DNA of 64,000 bases from contig NC_042999.1 of NCBI RefSeq assembly GCF_006345805.1, forward strand, positions 107,694,001 to 107,758,000, written 5' to 3'. Shown here piece after piece: positions 50,925-63,490 of the stretch; position 1 is the stretch's first letter; each line of letters starts with the position of its first letter. A program made the translations under genes and the position numbers. Under the pieces are notes generated by a model. That model was not told the DNA's origin and made no database searches. It saw only the letters and a list, made by a program, of their open reading frames with translations. This DNA comes from Octopus sinensis. Lineage: Eukaryota.

Positions 50925-51602
50925 ACATACATACATACATACATACATACATACATACATACATAAATACACACATACATACATGCATGCATACATACAT
51001 ACATAAATACACACATACATACATGCATGTATGTATACATACATACGTACATGCATACATACATACATACACACATACATACATGCATGCATGCATGCAT
51101 ACATACATACATACATACATACATAAATACACACATACATACATACATGCATGCATACATACATACATAAATACACGCATACATACATGCATGTATGCAT
51201 ACATACATACATACATACGTACATGCATACATACATACATACATACATACATACATACATGCATGCATGCATGCATACATACATACAGACATACATACAT
51301 GCATACATACGTACATGCATACATACATACATACACACATACATACATGCATGCATGCATGCATACATACATACATACATACATACATAAATACACACAT
51401 ACATACATACATGCATGCATACATACATACATAAATACACGCATACATACATGCATGTATGCATACATACATACATACATACGTACATGCATACATACAT
51501 ACATACATACATACATACATACATACATGCATGCATGCATGCATACATACATACAGACATACATACATGCATACATACGTACATGCATACATACATACAT
51601 AC
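50925..51602. repeat. (TACA)/(TGCA) tetranucleotide satellite with a higher-order period of about 264-268 bp
   Basis: Rare variants recur: acacgc at 51177 and 51441; tacagac at 51288 and 51556. Confidence 0.9.
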
Positions 51603-51720
51603 AAGTAAGTGAACAAATGAAATGAAAGAATGTAATACAGTTGGAATTATATTTAATAGCATGTTAACTCACCTTTATATTTTGTGTGTGTGTGTATATA
51701 TATAAATATATATATGTATG

Positions 51721-51757
<37 letters not shown>

Positions 51758-51764
51758 GTATATA

Positions 51765-51798
<34 letters not shown>

Positions 51799-51825
51799 TA
51801 ATTTTATTGTATCGCATTTATCTTT

Positions 51826-51891
<66 letters not shown>

Positions 51892-52447
51892 GTTTGTTTT
51901 TATGTCAAATTATAATAAAAACATTTAATATTAAACTGAAGTATTACTGAATAGTTTTAGCAGAGTACGTATGCATTATACTTTTACAAGATGAGGCGTG
52001 ACAACTAGCTTCCATTGGTTTTGTATTTTTATCTGAATTCTTTCTCGCATGTCTCAAATATTTTAATTTTTTTCTTTTTAATACTGCAATTACTAAGACT
52101 TTTTTTCAGCATGTCTGGCAACTTTTATGTACATTGGAACATGTTTTAATTCTTTTGTACGCAGTTATGTTTTACATTAGGAACTTTCCAAGCGTAGTTT
52201 TCTGAAGGTTTTATCTCTGTTGATTTGTTTCTGTTGGTTGGCTTCCTAACTATATCCAAGTTTCTTTCAGTTCATATCTTCTTTTAGAAATTGTCATATT
52301 AACACTGTTCAAAAAACCTGGTAACACTTCCCAACTGACCAGAAGTATTACAATTTACTCAAATGGAATAAATAGAAAAATTGGCCACAACCATACAGGC
52401 TCCACACAAGGGGACTGAACCAAAAACCACATGAATGGGAAATTTAA

Positions 52448-52475
<28 letters not shown>

Positions 52476-52478
<3 letters not shown>

Positions 52479-52735
52479 TCTTTTACTTGTTTCAGTTATT
52501 TGACTGTGGCCATACTGTAGCACTGCTTTAAAGGGTTTTAATCAAAAAAATTGACCCCAGTATATTGTAAGACTAGTACTTACTCTAGCGGCTTTTCTTT
52601 TTTTGCTGAACTGCTAAGTTATGGAGACATAAACACACCAGCATCGGTTATCAAGTGATGGCGGGGGTACAAACACGGACACACACACATAAATACATAC
52701 ATACAAACATACATATATACATATATATATACATT
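52476..52735 (-). mobile_element. 3' half of SINE, family A
   Basis: Tail and body up to the internal CA/TA tract. Confidence 0.8.
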
Positions 52736-52744
52736 CAATATGTG

Positions 52745-52948
52745 ACTGCGTGTGTATTGTTGGTAATTTTCTTTCTCCGTCTTCCCTTCCTTGGACCTTT
52801 CCTTTTTCTATGTTTCTGACGAAGAGCACTACTTGGAACGTTAAATCCTCCTTCTTTCTTTCCTTTCCTGAGCGTCCAATAACACTATAGTTGTTCTACA
52901 TCCTCGCGTTGTTGTGTTTTCTCTTTGTTCATGTTTGGATTAACTATA
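52745..52948 (+). mobile_element. Probable Penelope pseudo-LTR fragment with a decayed hammerhead core
   Basis: gtttCTGACGAagagc..ttGGAAcgttaaa at 52812-52845, in a pyrimidine-rich unit flanked by TA repeats. Confidence 0.5.
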
Positions 52949-52952
52949 TACG

Positions 52953-52995
<43 letters not shown>

Positions 52996-53439
52996 TTGTG
53001 TGTGTGTGTGTGTGTATGTATTTCTTTATATTGGTGAACTAAATCTACCAACATTATGATGGATCTTCAAGCTGCCAGAAACAGCTCTCAGACTTGTAAT
53101 GCCTTACATCCAACCCTTTAATTTCTCTGTCATTTGTAGGTTTGACCTATTAATATATGAATATCTATATATTTATATTTATACTTAAAAATTCATCATC
53201 TGAAAATCTTCAGTGCTTGCTTTCTTCCTGTTTCCATGCAAACAAATATATCTATTTTTTATATCAAGCTGATATCTAATTTGTTTATCTGCACAATTGT
53301 CTCTATACATGCATATATATACACACACACATTATATCATACACAAACACACACACACACACACATGCACACATACAAACTAATTGAGCAAGTGAAACTG
53401 AAGTCAACTAAATGGAGACACAACTGAGCAACCAGCTAT

Positions 53440-55272
53440 TTGAATTAATAGAAGATATGCAAACAGGGAAAGTTCCTGGCTCATTAGCAATCACTGCTGA
53501 GATGGTTAAATTATCTGGTGAAGTGGGATATGGCCTAGTCACCTGTATAGTTAATCAGGTTGCCTACAAGAGAGTCATACACAACAATTGCTGAAGCAGC
53601 ATTATAGTCAACTGCTACAAAGGCAAAAGTTAAGCCTTAGACAGACATAATTACAAAGGCATCAAATTGCTGGACCAGACAATGAAAGTCATAGAAAGAG
53701 TCATAACTCAGTTAATAATGAAGCGAATTAGTGTGGATGAGGTGCAGTTTGGATTTGTGTCTGAAAGAAGTACGACTGATGCTATATTCCTGGCTAGGCA
53801 ACTACAGAAGTATCTAGCGAAAAATAAATTTGGCTTTTGTTGACATGGAGAAAGCCTCCAACAGGGTCCTCCACTCCCTTATCTCATGGTAAATGTAGAA
53901 GCTACAGTTAGATGAGTGGTTAGTGAGAGCTCTACAAGCCATGTACAGAAATGCTACCAGTAAGGTGGAGGTTGGCAATGAGTATAGCAATGAATTCAGT
54001 GTACAGGTAGGAGCACAGCAAGGATCAGTTCTCAACCCTCTCTTGTTTATCTTAGTACTCCATGTCTTATCAAAGGAATTCAAGATTGGCTGCTCCTGGG
54101 AGCTCCTCTGTACTGATGATTTTGTTTTTATAGCTGAATCACTACCTGATCCACAGAAGAAATTTCAGGCATGGAAACAAGGTCTGGAATCTCGGGATCT
54201 AAGAGTTAATTTAGCAAAAACCAAAATCCTATTACATAGGAAAACAGATTAATCACAAGTCTCTTCAGGGAGATGGCTCTGCTCAATACGTAAGAAGGGT
54301 GTTGGTAGAAATTCCATATGCTGTACCTAGCGCAAGCTTTGGACACAAAGGAGGTGTAGCAATATCAGAGGAAGGTTAACAGGAAAATAGTCATTGCATA
54401 TAGTAAATGTGCAGGTTCAATAAACACTAAAAATGCACTGACTCCCTCAAATACTCGAGGGATGGAGTCATTAGAAGTAGTAGATAGCTTCTGTTACCTA
54501 GGTGACCAAGTTAGTAGTGGAGGAAGAATTTCTGAAAGTGTAGTTGCTAGAATAAAAATGGGCTGGGCAAAGATCAAAGAGCTTCTACCTTTGTTGGTAA
54601 CTAAGGACCTCTCCCTCAGAGTGAAAGGCAGATTGTATGATGCCTGTGTATGTACAGCTATGCTACATGACAGTGAAATGAGCTTTGACTACAGAGGTCT
54701 TGTGAAGGTTTGAAAGAAATGAAGCTAGCATGCTCTATGAGATGGGTAATACCGGTGTGCACACATGACAGAGTTTAAATGATTTAAGAGGAAAACTGAG
54801 TATAAGAGGCATCAGATGTTGTATGCAAGAGAAAAGACTGCATAAAGAAGTGCAAAGTTCTAATTGTGAAGGGAACCTGCGGATGGAGTAGACCCAGGAA
54901 GATGTGGGATGAAGTGTGATCTTAGGACACTGGGTCTCACAAGGGACGAGAGCTGTGGTGATTTGCTGTACTTGAGAAGATATGTTAAGCTAAGTAAAAT
55001 TGCTGTCATCCATACATACAGGCTTGTAATTTACAGAAGATACTGGTGTCACATAAAATGCACTTGTGCTGGTGCTGTGTAAAACATACCTGTGCTGGTG
55101 ACATATAAAAAGCACCAAAGACATTGTAAAGTGTTTGGTGTTAGGGAAGGGCATCCATAAAAACTATGCCACAACTAACAGTTGGAGTCTGAGCAGCTCC
55201 CCAGCTGGCTAGCTTATGTCAAACCATCCAACTCATGCCAGAGTGGAAAGTGGATGTTAAACAATGATGATG
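53440..55272 (+). mobile_element. Old decayed RTE copy of the PHD-bearing family
   Basis: Colinear with the 44573-46825 protein (TGKVPGSLAITAEM, QFGFVSERSTTDAIF, QGSVLNPLLF, decayed finger at 54280-54410); many stops; ends in a (GAT)n tail. Confidence 0.92.
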
Positions 55273-56182
55273 CATCATCATCATCGATTAACGTCCGTTC
55301 TCCATGCTAGCATGGGTTGGACGGTTTGACCGGGGATCTGGGAAGCCAGAAGGCTGCACCAGGCTCCAGTCTTATCTGGCAATGTTTCTACAGCTGGATG
55401 TCCTTCCTAACGCCAACCATTCCGTGAGTGTAGTGGGTGCTTTTTACGTGCCACCTGCACAGGTGCCAGGTGAGGCTGGCAACGGCCACGGTCGGATTGG
55501 TGCATTTTACGTGCCACCGGCACGGAAGCCAGTCGAGGTGGCACTGACTTCGGCCACGATTCGGATGGTGCTTTTTACGTGCCACCGGCATGGAAGCCAG
55601 TCGAGGCGGTGCTGGCATTGGCCATGATTCGGATAGTGCTTTTTACGTACCACCAGTCCAGGGGCCCAGGCATCTGCCGGGTGCCACTCATAGGATTGGT
55701 TCAATTTCGATTCCGATTTCGATTTCACTTGCCCCAAGAGGTCTTCGCAAGCAAAGGGGGGTTGGCATGGGTGCCTGTCGTCGGATGAGGTTCGATATCG
55801 ACTTCGCTTGCCTCAACAGGTCTTTGTGTGTCCAAGGGAGGAAAGGCATGCATAAGCGGGCTGGACTCACTTGTCCTTCCTGGTCTTCTCACGTACAGCA
55901 TATTTCCAAAGGTCTCGGTCGCTGGTCATTTCCTCAGTGAAGCCTAAAGTTCGAAGGTCTTGCTTCACCACCTCGTCCCAGGTTTCCTGGGTCTACCTCT
56001 TCCACGGGTTCCCTCAACTGCTAGGGATTGGCACTTTTTCACACACCTATCTTCATCCATTCTCGCCACATGACCATACCAGCGCAATCGTCTCTCTTGC
56101 ACACCACAACTGATGCTTCTTAGGTCCAACATTTCTCTCAAGGTACTAACGCTCTGTCGAGTATGCACACTGCACATACACA
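55273..56182 (-). mobile_element. Young, heavily 5'-truncated RTE copy
   Basis: Last about 100 codons (one frameshift) plus 3' UTR, near-identical to 43660-44890. Confidence 0.93.
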
Positions 56183-56186
56183 TAAA

Positions 56187-56242
<56 letters not shown>

Positions 56243-56287
56243 CATCTATAAATGTATATATATTTGTGCATGTGTATGTATATATAG

Positions 56288-56495
56288 GTTCACCATGATA
56301 GATCCCTAGCCACTACACATTCTTTATTTTCTCTCCTTGTTTCTTTCTGTGTTTCTTTCTGTGTTCCTTTATGTGGAAGAGTGTAGGTTTGAAATGTTAA
56401 AGACTTTTTCACTTCCCGAGCATTAAACCAATACATCTGTTTGTCATCTACACCACCTGTCTTTGTCTTTTGCTTTTTTTGTGAATTCTCCCTAT
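56288..56495 (+). mobile_element. Probable Penelope pseudo-LTR fragment with a heavily decayed hammerhead
   Basis: cttt-atgtggaagagtgtaggtttGAAAtgttaaaag has the same layout as 52812-52845; between (TA)n arrays. Confidence 0.4.
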
Positions 56496-56537
56496 ATATA
56501 TATATGTTATAGCCATATCTGTATGCACACATATATT

Positions 56538-56583
<46 letters not shown>

Positions 56584-56592
56584 CATATATAT

Positions 56593-56627
<35 letters not shown>

Positions 56628-59600
56628 CATATATATGAATTTGCTACCCAGGTATCGGTTAACCGAATTATCCATACTAGGATAATTCATTCACCTTCTT
56701 ATATATATATATATATACATAAATATATATATATATATATATGTGTGTGGGTGTGAGTGTTTTTGGATATGAGTGTGTGTGTATCTATGTGCTTCAATGT
56801 GTAGCATACATGGTTAAGTTTTACTAGCCCTTTCACTCCAATACTAGTTGCTTTGTTCTCAATGAATCTTCAAGCAATCAGGTAATTATCTCACATTTAT
56901 TTTATAACAAGATTTCGGCTATATGAGATTAAAATAAAACATAGACATCTATCAGGTTTCTTGTGAAATAGAAACTAAGATGCTTCTACAAGTATACAAT
57001 AAATGAGTATATAACATTATCAACACAGAAATAGTAACAAATAACTGTTTCATCATTCATAGAAGTATTCCATTTTGAATCGGAGCCAAACTGTCAAAAG
57101 CCAAAACTGGGTCAATGGTTTCTAAACATCTACTTTCACAGCTCACTTTTCCTTACACCGATTTTTATTCATATGAGGGTTAACCTATTGACTTTAAAGA
57201 GAACTGATTGGCGTAGGCATTTTAGTCAATAATCTAAAGTGCAAATAATTGATTCATACAAGTGTATCACCATTCTAAAAGAGTTTAGTTGATTAGAATA
57301 AGACTGATCTTAGAATTAAACAATGAATTAATTTTAATCATTATTATTTAGATTCATATTTTATGAGGTGAGTTGGTGCAGATGATAGAATGATAGTTTG
57401 GAGGTTTTTATGTAGTCTGTGTTTGGTATCTTACTGCCAAGCCTTGCAGAACAATCTTATCCATATCAATAAAAAGAAATGTACCAATAATTTTGGAGTG
57501 GATTGAAAGGATTGTACTTCTCCCATACAAATTTAATGTGATACCTGAAAAAAAAAAGAAAAAAGAAAAAAGTCATGTTAATTTATTTTGATTATGCTAG
57601 GGATTTAGAACAACATCTTATTTCAGAATTATGATTAACAAGTTAAACATTCAGTAGGAGAGTAGCAAACTGAATTTACAAATATTTTCTACTGCTTATT
57701 GAAATTTGTTTGTTTCCCTTATTTATATTACTATTTTCCTTTATAATGATTTGAAAATATAGAATTTTCTTCCCCCATTAATTTTTAAATCTATGAATAA
57801 GTAGAAAAAAAATCAATCATAGAATTAAGAATCTATAGTCGTGATCATTGATTACATGGTGGATCAGTACTTCAGCATAAAAATATTCTTTCTCTGCCTC
57901 TCAAGTTCATGTTGCACATTTAACAGCTCACCCTCACTTATTTTCCAGAAATTATTGAATGTCCTCTGCTACTATCCACATTTCACTTCATTCCAATTGG
58001 TTATCGCACTTCCAATACGCTCATCATATGCAGTCTATCCTTCACAACTTCTTTCACCACAGAGCACCAGAAACAATATGATGTCATTGATTATAATTTT
58101 CTTAATTACTAATTAGGTTATCTAATTGACTCAGTTAGTGACAACCTTCCTTGAACCAGCATAACACTCAATGTTCTTTCATCTTTGACTGCACATTATT
58201 AATTTTGTAGTTAATCAGATGCTCTAAAGATATCAATTTATTGCCAGTATGTCCAAGATTTCTCCAGTCACAGCTTGTGAGACTTATAAAATAGTTAATA
58301 GAAGATGTAAGGAACCACAGCAAACTTTATCACCATATTGTGTCTAAGGAAAATACTACAGAATAGTTTTGATAGTCTTTTCTAAGCAATACTAGAGACT
58401 TGATCTTAGTCTTGAAAACTGACAAACATTCTTTGATTGTAACAAGTCCTTGCAACTTAAAGTAGTGAATTGTACTTATATACAAAGTGGTTTATTAACC
58501 AATCAGAATTAATTGTGTACCAGAGAGACAACACCAGGGAATGAGATATGAACCATCAACCTGTTAACCAATAGACTGACATACAATCAACACAAGTTTC
58601 AACTTTCAACTATATGAACTTCATTGTTTATTCTTTTATACATACAATTCAAAATAGTAAATCTCATTTTTGTTAAAAAAAAACAAATACTATTAGCTTT
58701 TGCAATGCTTTCTTCAAGAAATTAGCAGTTTGGACATGCAAAACCTAAAGGCAAGAAAGAAAAATAGCAACATTTATTTGAGATACTGAATGATAAATTC
58801 AGTTCAGATTTACAATTCTCTTAATCTGATCTTAGAAGATAATCTAATTGGGTCTAATAATTTAATAGACTGCCATTGAAGGGATTCAAATATCTTCTGG
58901 GCTCAGTTCCAGTTGACATCTCTTATTGTTTTGAGAGAGAATATTTTTAAAATAACTGCAAAATAATATGATAAAAAAAATTCAGGTTTCATATTTTTAA
59001 CATTTGACACACAACTAAAATGTCAGCATAGAAAATATCCATCAGGGCTCATAATAGGAATGAAATTTCCTTGCAGTTAAAATGCTGTATGAATATTCAA
59101 CGATTTTTTTAAACCATGAAATTATATGAATAAAAATTGTTGTTTTCATTGTTGGGACAGCAAGACTGAAATATCTGCAGATATTAAATGAATAAAGAGA
59201 GTAATTTGGAATGAGCCAACAATATTTTAAAAACTAAATCTAGAAAACTTGTATCTTATCTATATTCAATAATTTTTGTCTGAAAAACCTCCCAAATAGT
59301 CTAATGGCGTTCATTTATCAATATTCTCAAATGCATTTCCAAATTGATAGTTCTACTTTTATTATTATGAAAATTATATTTATAGAAATATTCACATTAG
59401 ATAAATTGATTATAAAAATAGAAGAGGAAGCAGTTGTTAAAAATATTGGTATGTGCTGGAAGTGTTTTTTTTTTTTTAATTTTATTTCTTTCCTAGAACA
59501 AACATGGAAATGAATGGAATAGAAAATAGATTGTAGTTTCATAAAATGATTATAAAACGGTGATTAAACAGAAAATAAAAATAGGAACACATATTTTTAG

Positions 59601-60138
59601 TAGATTAAAATATATGACAACGTGCATATTTCCCAATTCGTTAATGCTCTCTGCTATATGCTGTTGCTAAGTAGCCCTAGTTATATGTGTTCACACAAAC
59701 TTTATGATACAGAGCAACCCACACACATGCTATGCTTACAGGATGTCCAATGCATTGATATGTGTTGTTTCAAATTGCTTGATTGTTTCTATAAAAGTTG
59801 CCATTTAGTTACCATTGTTGTTATTGCTCATTCTTGTTGTAAGGAAGCCTGATCAAATAGATCTAGGATCAAAGGCATTCCAGCTGTGCTCACCCTGTTA
59901 CTTCTTATTTGGTGATTCCATTGTCCAATGTATCCTTTCTATTTTAAAATAGCTGAATGTAATTTGAATAGCAATTGGCTGCTATTTCTAACAAATTCTA
60001 TATATATTGTTGTTTAGCTTCATATCAGCCTTGATTAAAAATATTCCAACTGCTACCATCCTGCCTTTTTTATGTGCTAGAAATCCAAGACCACATAATT
60101 TAACATCCTTTTTTAAAGATGGTTAGGTGTGATTTGTG

Positions 60139-60245
60139 CACGTTGAAAACACCGGTTCTCGTCCAATCACCGAAGTTAAGCAACATCGAGCCTAGTTAGT
60201 ACTTAGATGGGTGACCGCTTGGGAATCCTAGGTGCTGTAAGCATT
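60139..60245 (+). rRNA. 5S rRNA-derived sequence lacking about the first 14 nt (not a functional gene)
   Basis: cacgttgaaaacaccggttctcgtccaatcaccgaagttaagcaacatcgagcctagttagtacttagatgggtgaccgcttgggaatcctaggtgctgtaagca has the eukaryotic 5S A-box, intermediate element and C-box. Confidence 0.92.
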
Positions 60246-60320
60246 CTTCTTTTAAATGGCGGTGCCCCAGCATGGCCACAGCTTATTAGCTGAAACTGGA
60301 AAAATGAAAATCAAAATCAA
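60139..60320 (+). mobile_element. 5S-headed chimeric retroposon (SINE3-like)
   Basis: 5S body joined to ggcggtgccccagcatggccacag-stem-loop-gaaac, the family A SINE tail, ending in (aaaat)n. Confidence 0.65.
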
Positions 60321-60450
60321 ACTTGGTTGCTATTTCTAGCAAGTCTAAGGCAAATGATGTGACAACATAATAGCTCACTTGGCGGCTTATTTAAATGTAT
60401 TTAAACATGGTAATTTTGTCCTAAAATGTATTTAAAGACAGTAAAGTATT

Positions 60451-60451
<1 letters not shown>

Positions 60452-60488
<37 letters not shown>

Positions 60489-60715
60489 AATTATTGTATA
60501 CAGTGCTCAGGTGCACCACAACTTGTCAAAAAGTGCGTATAAAGTATATGCAGTAATGTACAAATGCCTGGAAAGCGAACAGTGTATGAGTCAGATACAT
60601 GCTTGCGTATATATGGAGGGGAGAAAATCAGGTGTAGTGTTGGCGAATCTCAGGAAGCATGGAAGTTTTGAAGGAGAGTTTGAGACAGGATATGAACTAT
60701 ACCATAGAATACTCT
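60452..60715 (-). mobile_element. Retroposon 3' fragment with (ATT)n tail, clade unassigned
   Basis: Higher-GC segment ending directly in an (ATT)n array on the minus strand. Confidence 0.3.
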
Positions 60716-61078
60716 GAAACCAGCAAAGGAATTTTTATGGGATTACTCAGCCTATAAAAAATAGCAGCTAAATCTTCCTCAAACCATACCCTACTGTATT
60801 AAAAATGGACATTGAATAATGCAGTCCTACATAGGCTGTTTGAAGAGATGCAACAGTCACAGCTGGAATGACATCGGCCATTGATTTTCTCAATTATGAT
60901 AGTCCAGCCACTAAATGGCAACATATTATTCTTTATGCTTGTTCAAATACATAAGACTTTAGTTAGTAAAGACTGATCATGCACTTGCACATGTATATAC
61001 AGATCTGAGCAAGATTTTTTGAGGAAAACTGGCACTTTCGTATGCCTCCAACTCTTCTTTCTTCACAATACTGATGTA

Positions 61079-61644
61079 TTGGGTTGTCCGGAAAGTTCGT
61101 GCCAATTTATAGTAGCTTACCTTTCGACTTATTTTAGAACATAGTTGAGTCCATAAAATAGGATTTGACTACACCTCCTTTTAGAGCACAGTTTAAGCTA
61201 TCTTTTCGTGGAAGAAGGTTTATGTTCCTATAACCTGTGTTAATTTTGTAACCCTTTAAAATGGAAGATAAGAAAGTTCATTTTCGGCACTTGATACTTT
61301 GGGAACCAGACAAAAATTGCTGCAGCTCGGCTGGGATGTGTTACCCCACCCTCCATATTCACTAGATATTGCTCCTTCAGATTTCCACTTATTCAGGTCT
61401 CTGCTGAATAGTCTTGATGGTAAAAATTTCAATCCCTTGGATGATGTAAAAAGATACCTTAATGAATTCTTTGCTATGAAACCACCTCAATTCTGGGAAG
61501 AGGGTATTTTCAAGTTAAAGGAAAGATGGAGACGCATTGTGCAACAAAATAGTTCATATTTGGTTGATTAAAAATGTAATGGCAAGTATTTATTGACCTT
61601 TTTCTTTCCTTTAAAAATCGGCCTGAACTTTCCGGACAACCCAA
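61079..61644 (+). mobile_element. Internally deleted mariner transposon
   Basis: TA|ttgggttgtccggaaagttc ... gaactttccggacaacccaa|TA; ATG at 61261 (MEDKKVHFRHLILW) is joined out of frame to the C-terminus LGWDVLPHPPYSLDIAPSDFHLFRSL..WEEGIFKLKERW, the YSPDLAPSD region. Confidence 0.95.
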
Positions 61645-62229
61645 TATATTCAAGAGACTAATACAATTGGATTCAGATATAGCATGGTATCATCTCTGAG
61701 TCTCTAAGAGTTCTGCAAATCAGTTACTCTGGATTAGTACTAATTTTATCAACTCTGAAAGGAAAGTATAAAAAGCAAAGTAACCTCAGTAGGATTTGAA
61801 CACAGAACACAAAAGATTGAAATAAATATTGTAAGGGCATTAATAGCTGTCAATTCACAACCCTTTATCCATGTAGAAGAATTCTTTTCTCATTGAAGAA
61901 TTTCAATCAACATGGCTCAATAATCAATATTATAAGGAATTTCTGGGATTTCTACTCAATATAAATATTTCAGTGCTGATCACTTAAAGCTGCATAAAGA
62001 AGTGTCAATCACTTAAAGTAGAAGAGGGAGGCCCTGGAAGATATGAGATGAAGCACTGAAGATTGATCTCAAGATACTGAGCCTTATGAAGATGACAAAG
62101 AACTGAGGTATTTGGCACCTTGTGGTACTCAAGAAGACTTGCCCACCACAGTAGAATTATTCATGCTCCCCTCCCAACTGAAGAAGATTTTGCCTTGGAG
62201 AGCCTGATGCTGGTTCATCTAAAAATTAC

Positions 62230-62498
62230 TTGTGATGGTCCACATAAGGGGCACCAATGCTGGTCTACATAAGAAGCGCTGATGCTGGTCCATGTAAAAA
62301 GTACCTCAGTCCATGTAAAAAGCACCTATGCTGGTCCACATAAAAAGCACCCAATACACTCTGCAAGGTGGTTGGTGTGAGGAAGGGCATCCAGCTGTAG
62401 AAACCAAGCCAAATCAGGCTGGAATCTAGTGCAGCTCTCCAGCTTGCCAACTCAGGTCAAACTGTCCAACCCATGCCAGCATGGAAAAGGGACGTAAA

Positions 62499-62542
<44 letters not shown>

Positions 62543-62613
62543 GAAGAAGAAGAAGAAGAAGAAGAAGAAGAAGAAGAAGAAGAAGAAGAAGAAGAAGAAG
62601 AAGAAGAAGAAGA
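62230..62613 (+). mobile_element. RTE-type 3' end with about 24-nt tandem modules, then (GAT)n and (GAA)n tail
   Basis: tgctggtccacataaaaagcacc-like unit about 5 times, then aggaagggcatccagctgtagaaac..ccaacccatgccagcatggaaaag. Confidence 0.8.
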
Positions 62614-62892
62614 ATGTATAAGAACCTCTTACTTAAAAATGTAGAGCATTTTATAAAGATTCCAAAGACAAAACCTTTTACTTGTATTTGGTATTAATAT
62701 CTTCAATTTAAGTGATATAGTATTTTAAATTTACACTTAGAAATGTTTATGATTTTTGGGCATCAGTTAAACATCAATTTTACAGTTCAGACTTCAAGAA
62801 GATTTCATCAGGAACATATCAGCAATTCATGTTTGTTTCAAAGGTCAAGTGGAATATATTGATGTTTTGATAGACATTCAGATATAAAAGAA

Positions 62893-62939
<47 letters not shown>

Positions 62940-63094
62940 ATATGCATGCATGTGTGTGCCTCTATACAATGGTAGTCTCTTGTAGTCTGAGAAAGCAATT
63001 TCTTGCTGATCAACCTCACAAATGATTTCTTTATAGTGACCAAATGTTTGTGCTCTACATTAGTTCATCAAATCAATGTTATTCTGAGCTGCAT

Positions 63095-63248
63095 GGTGTA
63101 CCACACATCAGGTGTCAAAGTGATCACAGAACAAAGTGAGATGAAGTGCTTTGATCAAGAATATAACACACCACTCGGTCCTGGCATTGAAACCGTGATC
63201 TCATGATCATGAGTGCAGTTCCCTAACCACTAAGCCATGTGCCTTCAC
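63095..63248 (-). mobile_element. tRNA-headed SINE, family C
   Basis: Minus strand gaaggcacatggcttagtggttagg (A box) and ggtttcaatgcc (B-box remnant). Confidence 0.65.
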
Positions 63249-63296
63249 TATATATATACATACATATATATATGTATATGTATATACACACACACA

Positions 63297-63339
<43 letters not shown>

Positions 63340-63349
63340 ACACACTCTT

Positions 63350-63490
63350 AGAGCAGTTGGTGTTAAGGAAGGGCATCCAGCAATAGAAACCAAGCCACAC
63401 CAGGCTGGAGCCTGGTACAGCTCTCTGGCTTACCAGTTCCAAACAAACTAACTAACCTATGCCAGTATGGAAAATGGACACTAGAGATGT
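63350..63490 (+). mobile_element. Short RTE-type 3'-end copy
   Basis: aggaagggcatccagcaatagaaac..cagtatggaaaatggac. Confidence 0.7.

Noticed and set aside
50698-51662. Long ORFs of 200-300 aa (MYVC/HTYI repeats) on both strands
   Set aside because: Translations of a stop-free (TACA)/(TGCA) satellite; the same applies to the many CA, TA, GATA, TAA and GGT-derived ORFs elsewhere (e.g. 11119-11512, 17525-17913, 29250-29741, 30942-31313).
60139-60245. Functional 5S rRNA gene
   Set aside because: The 5' strand of helix I is missing, there is no tandem array, and it is inserted in another repeat.
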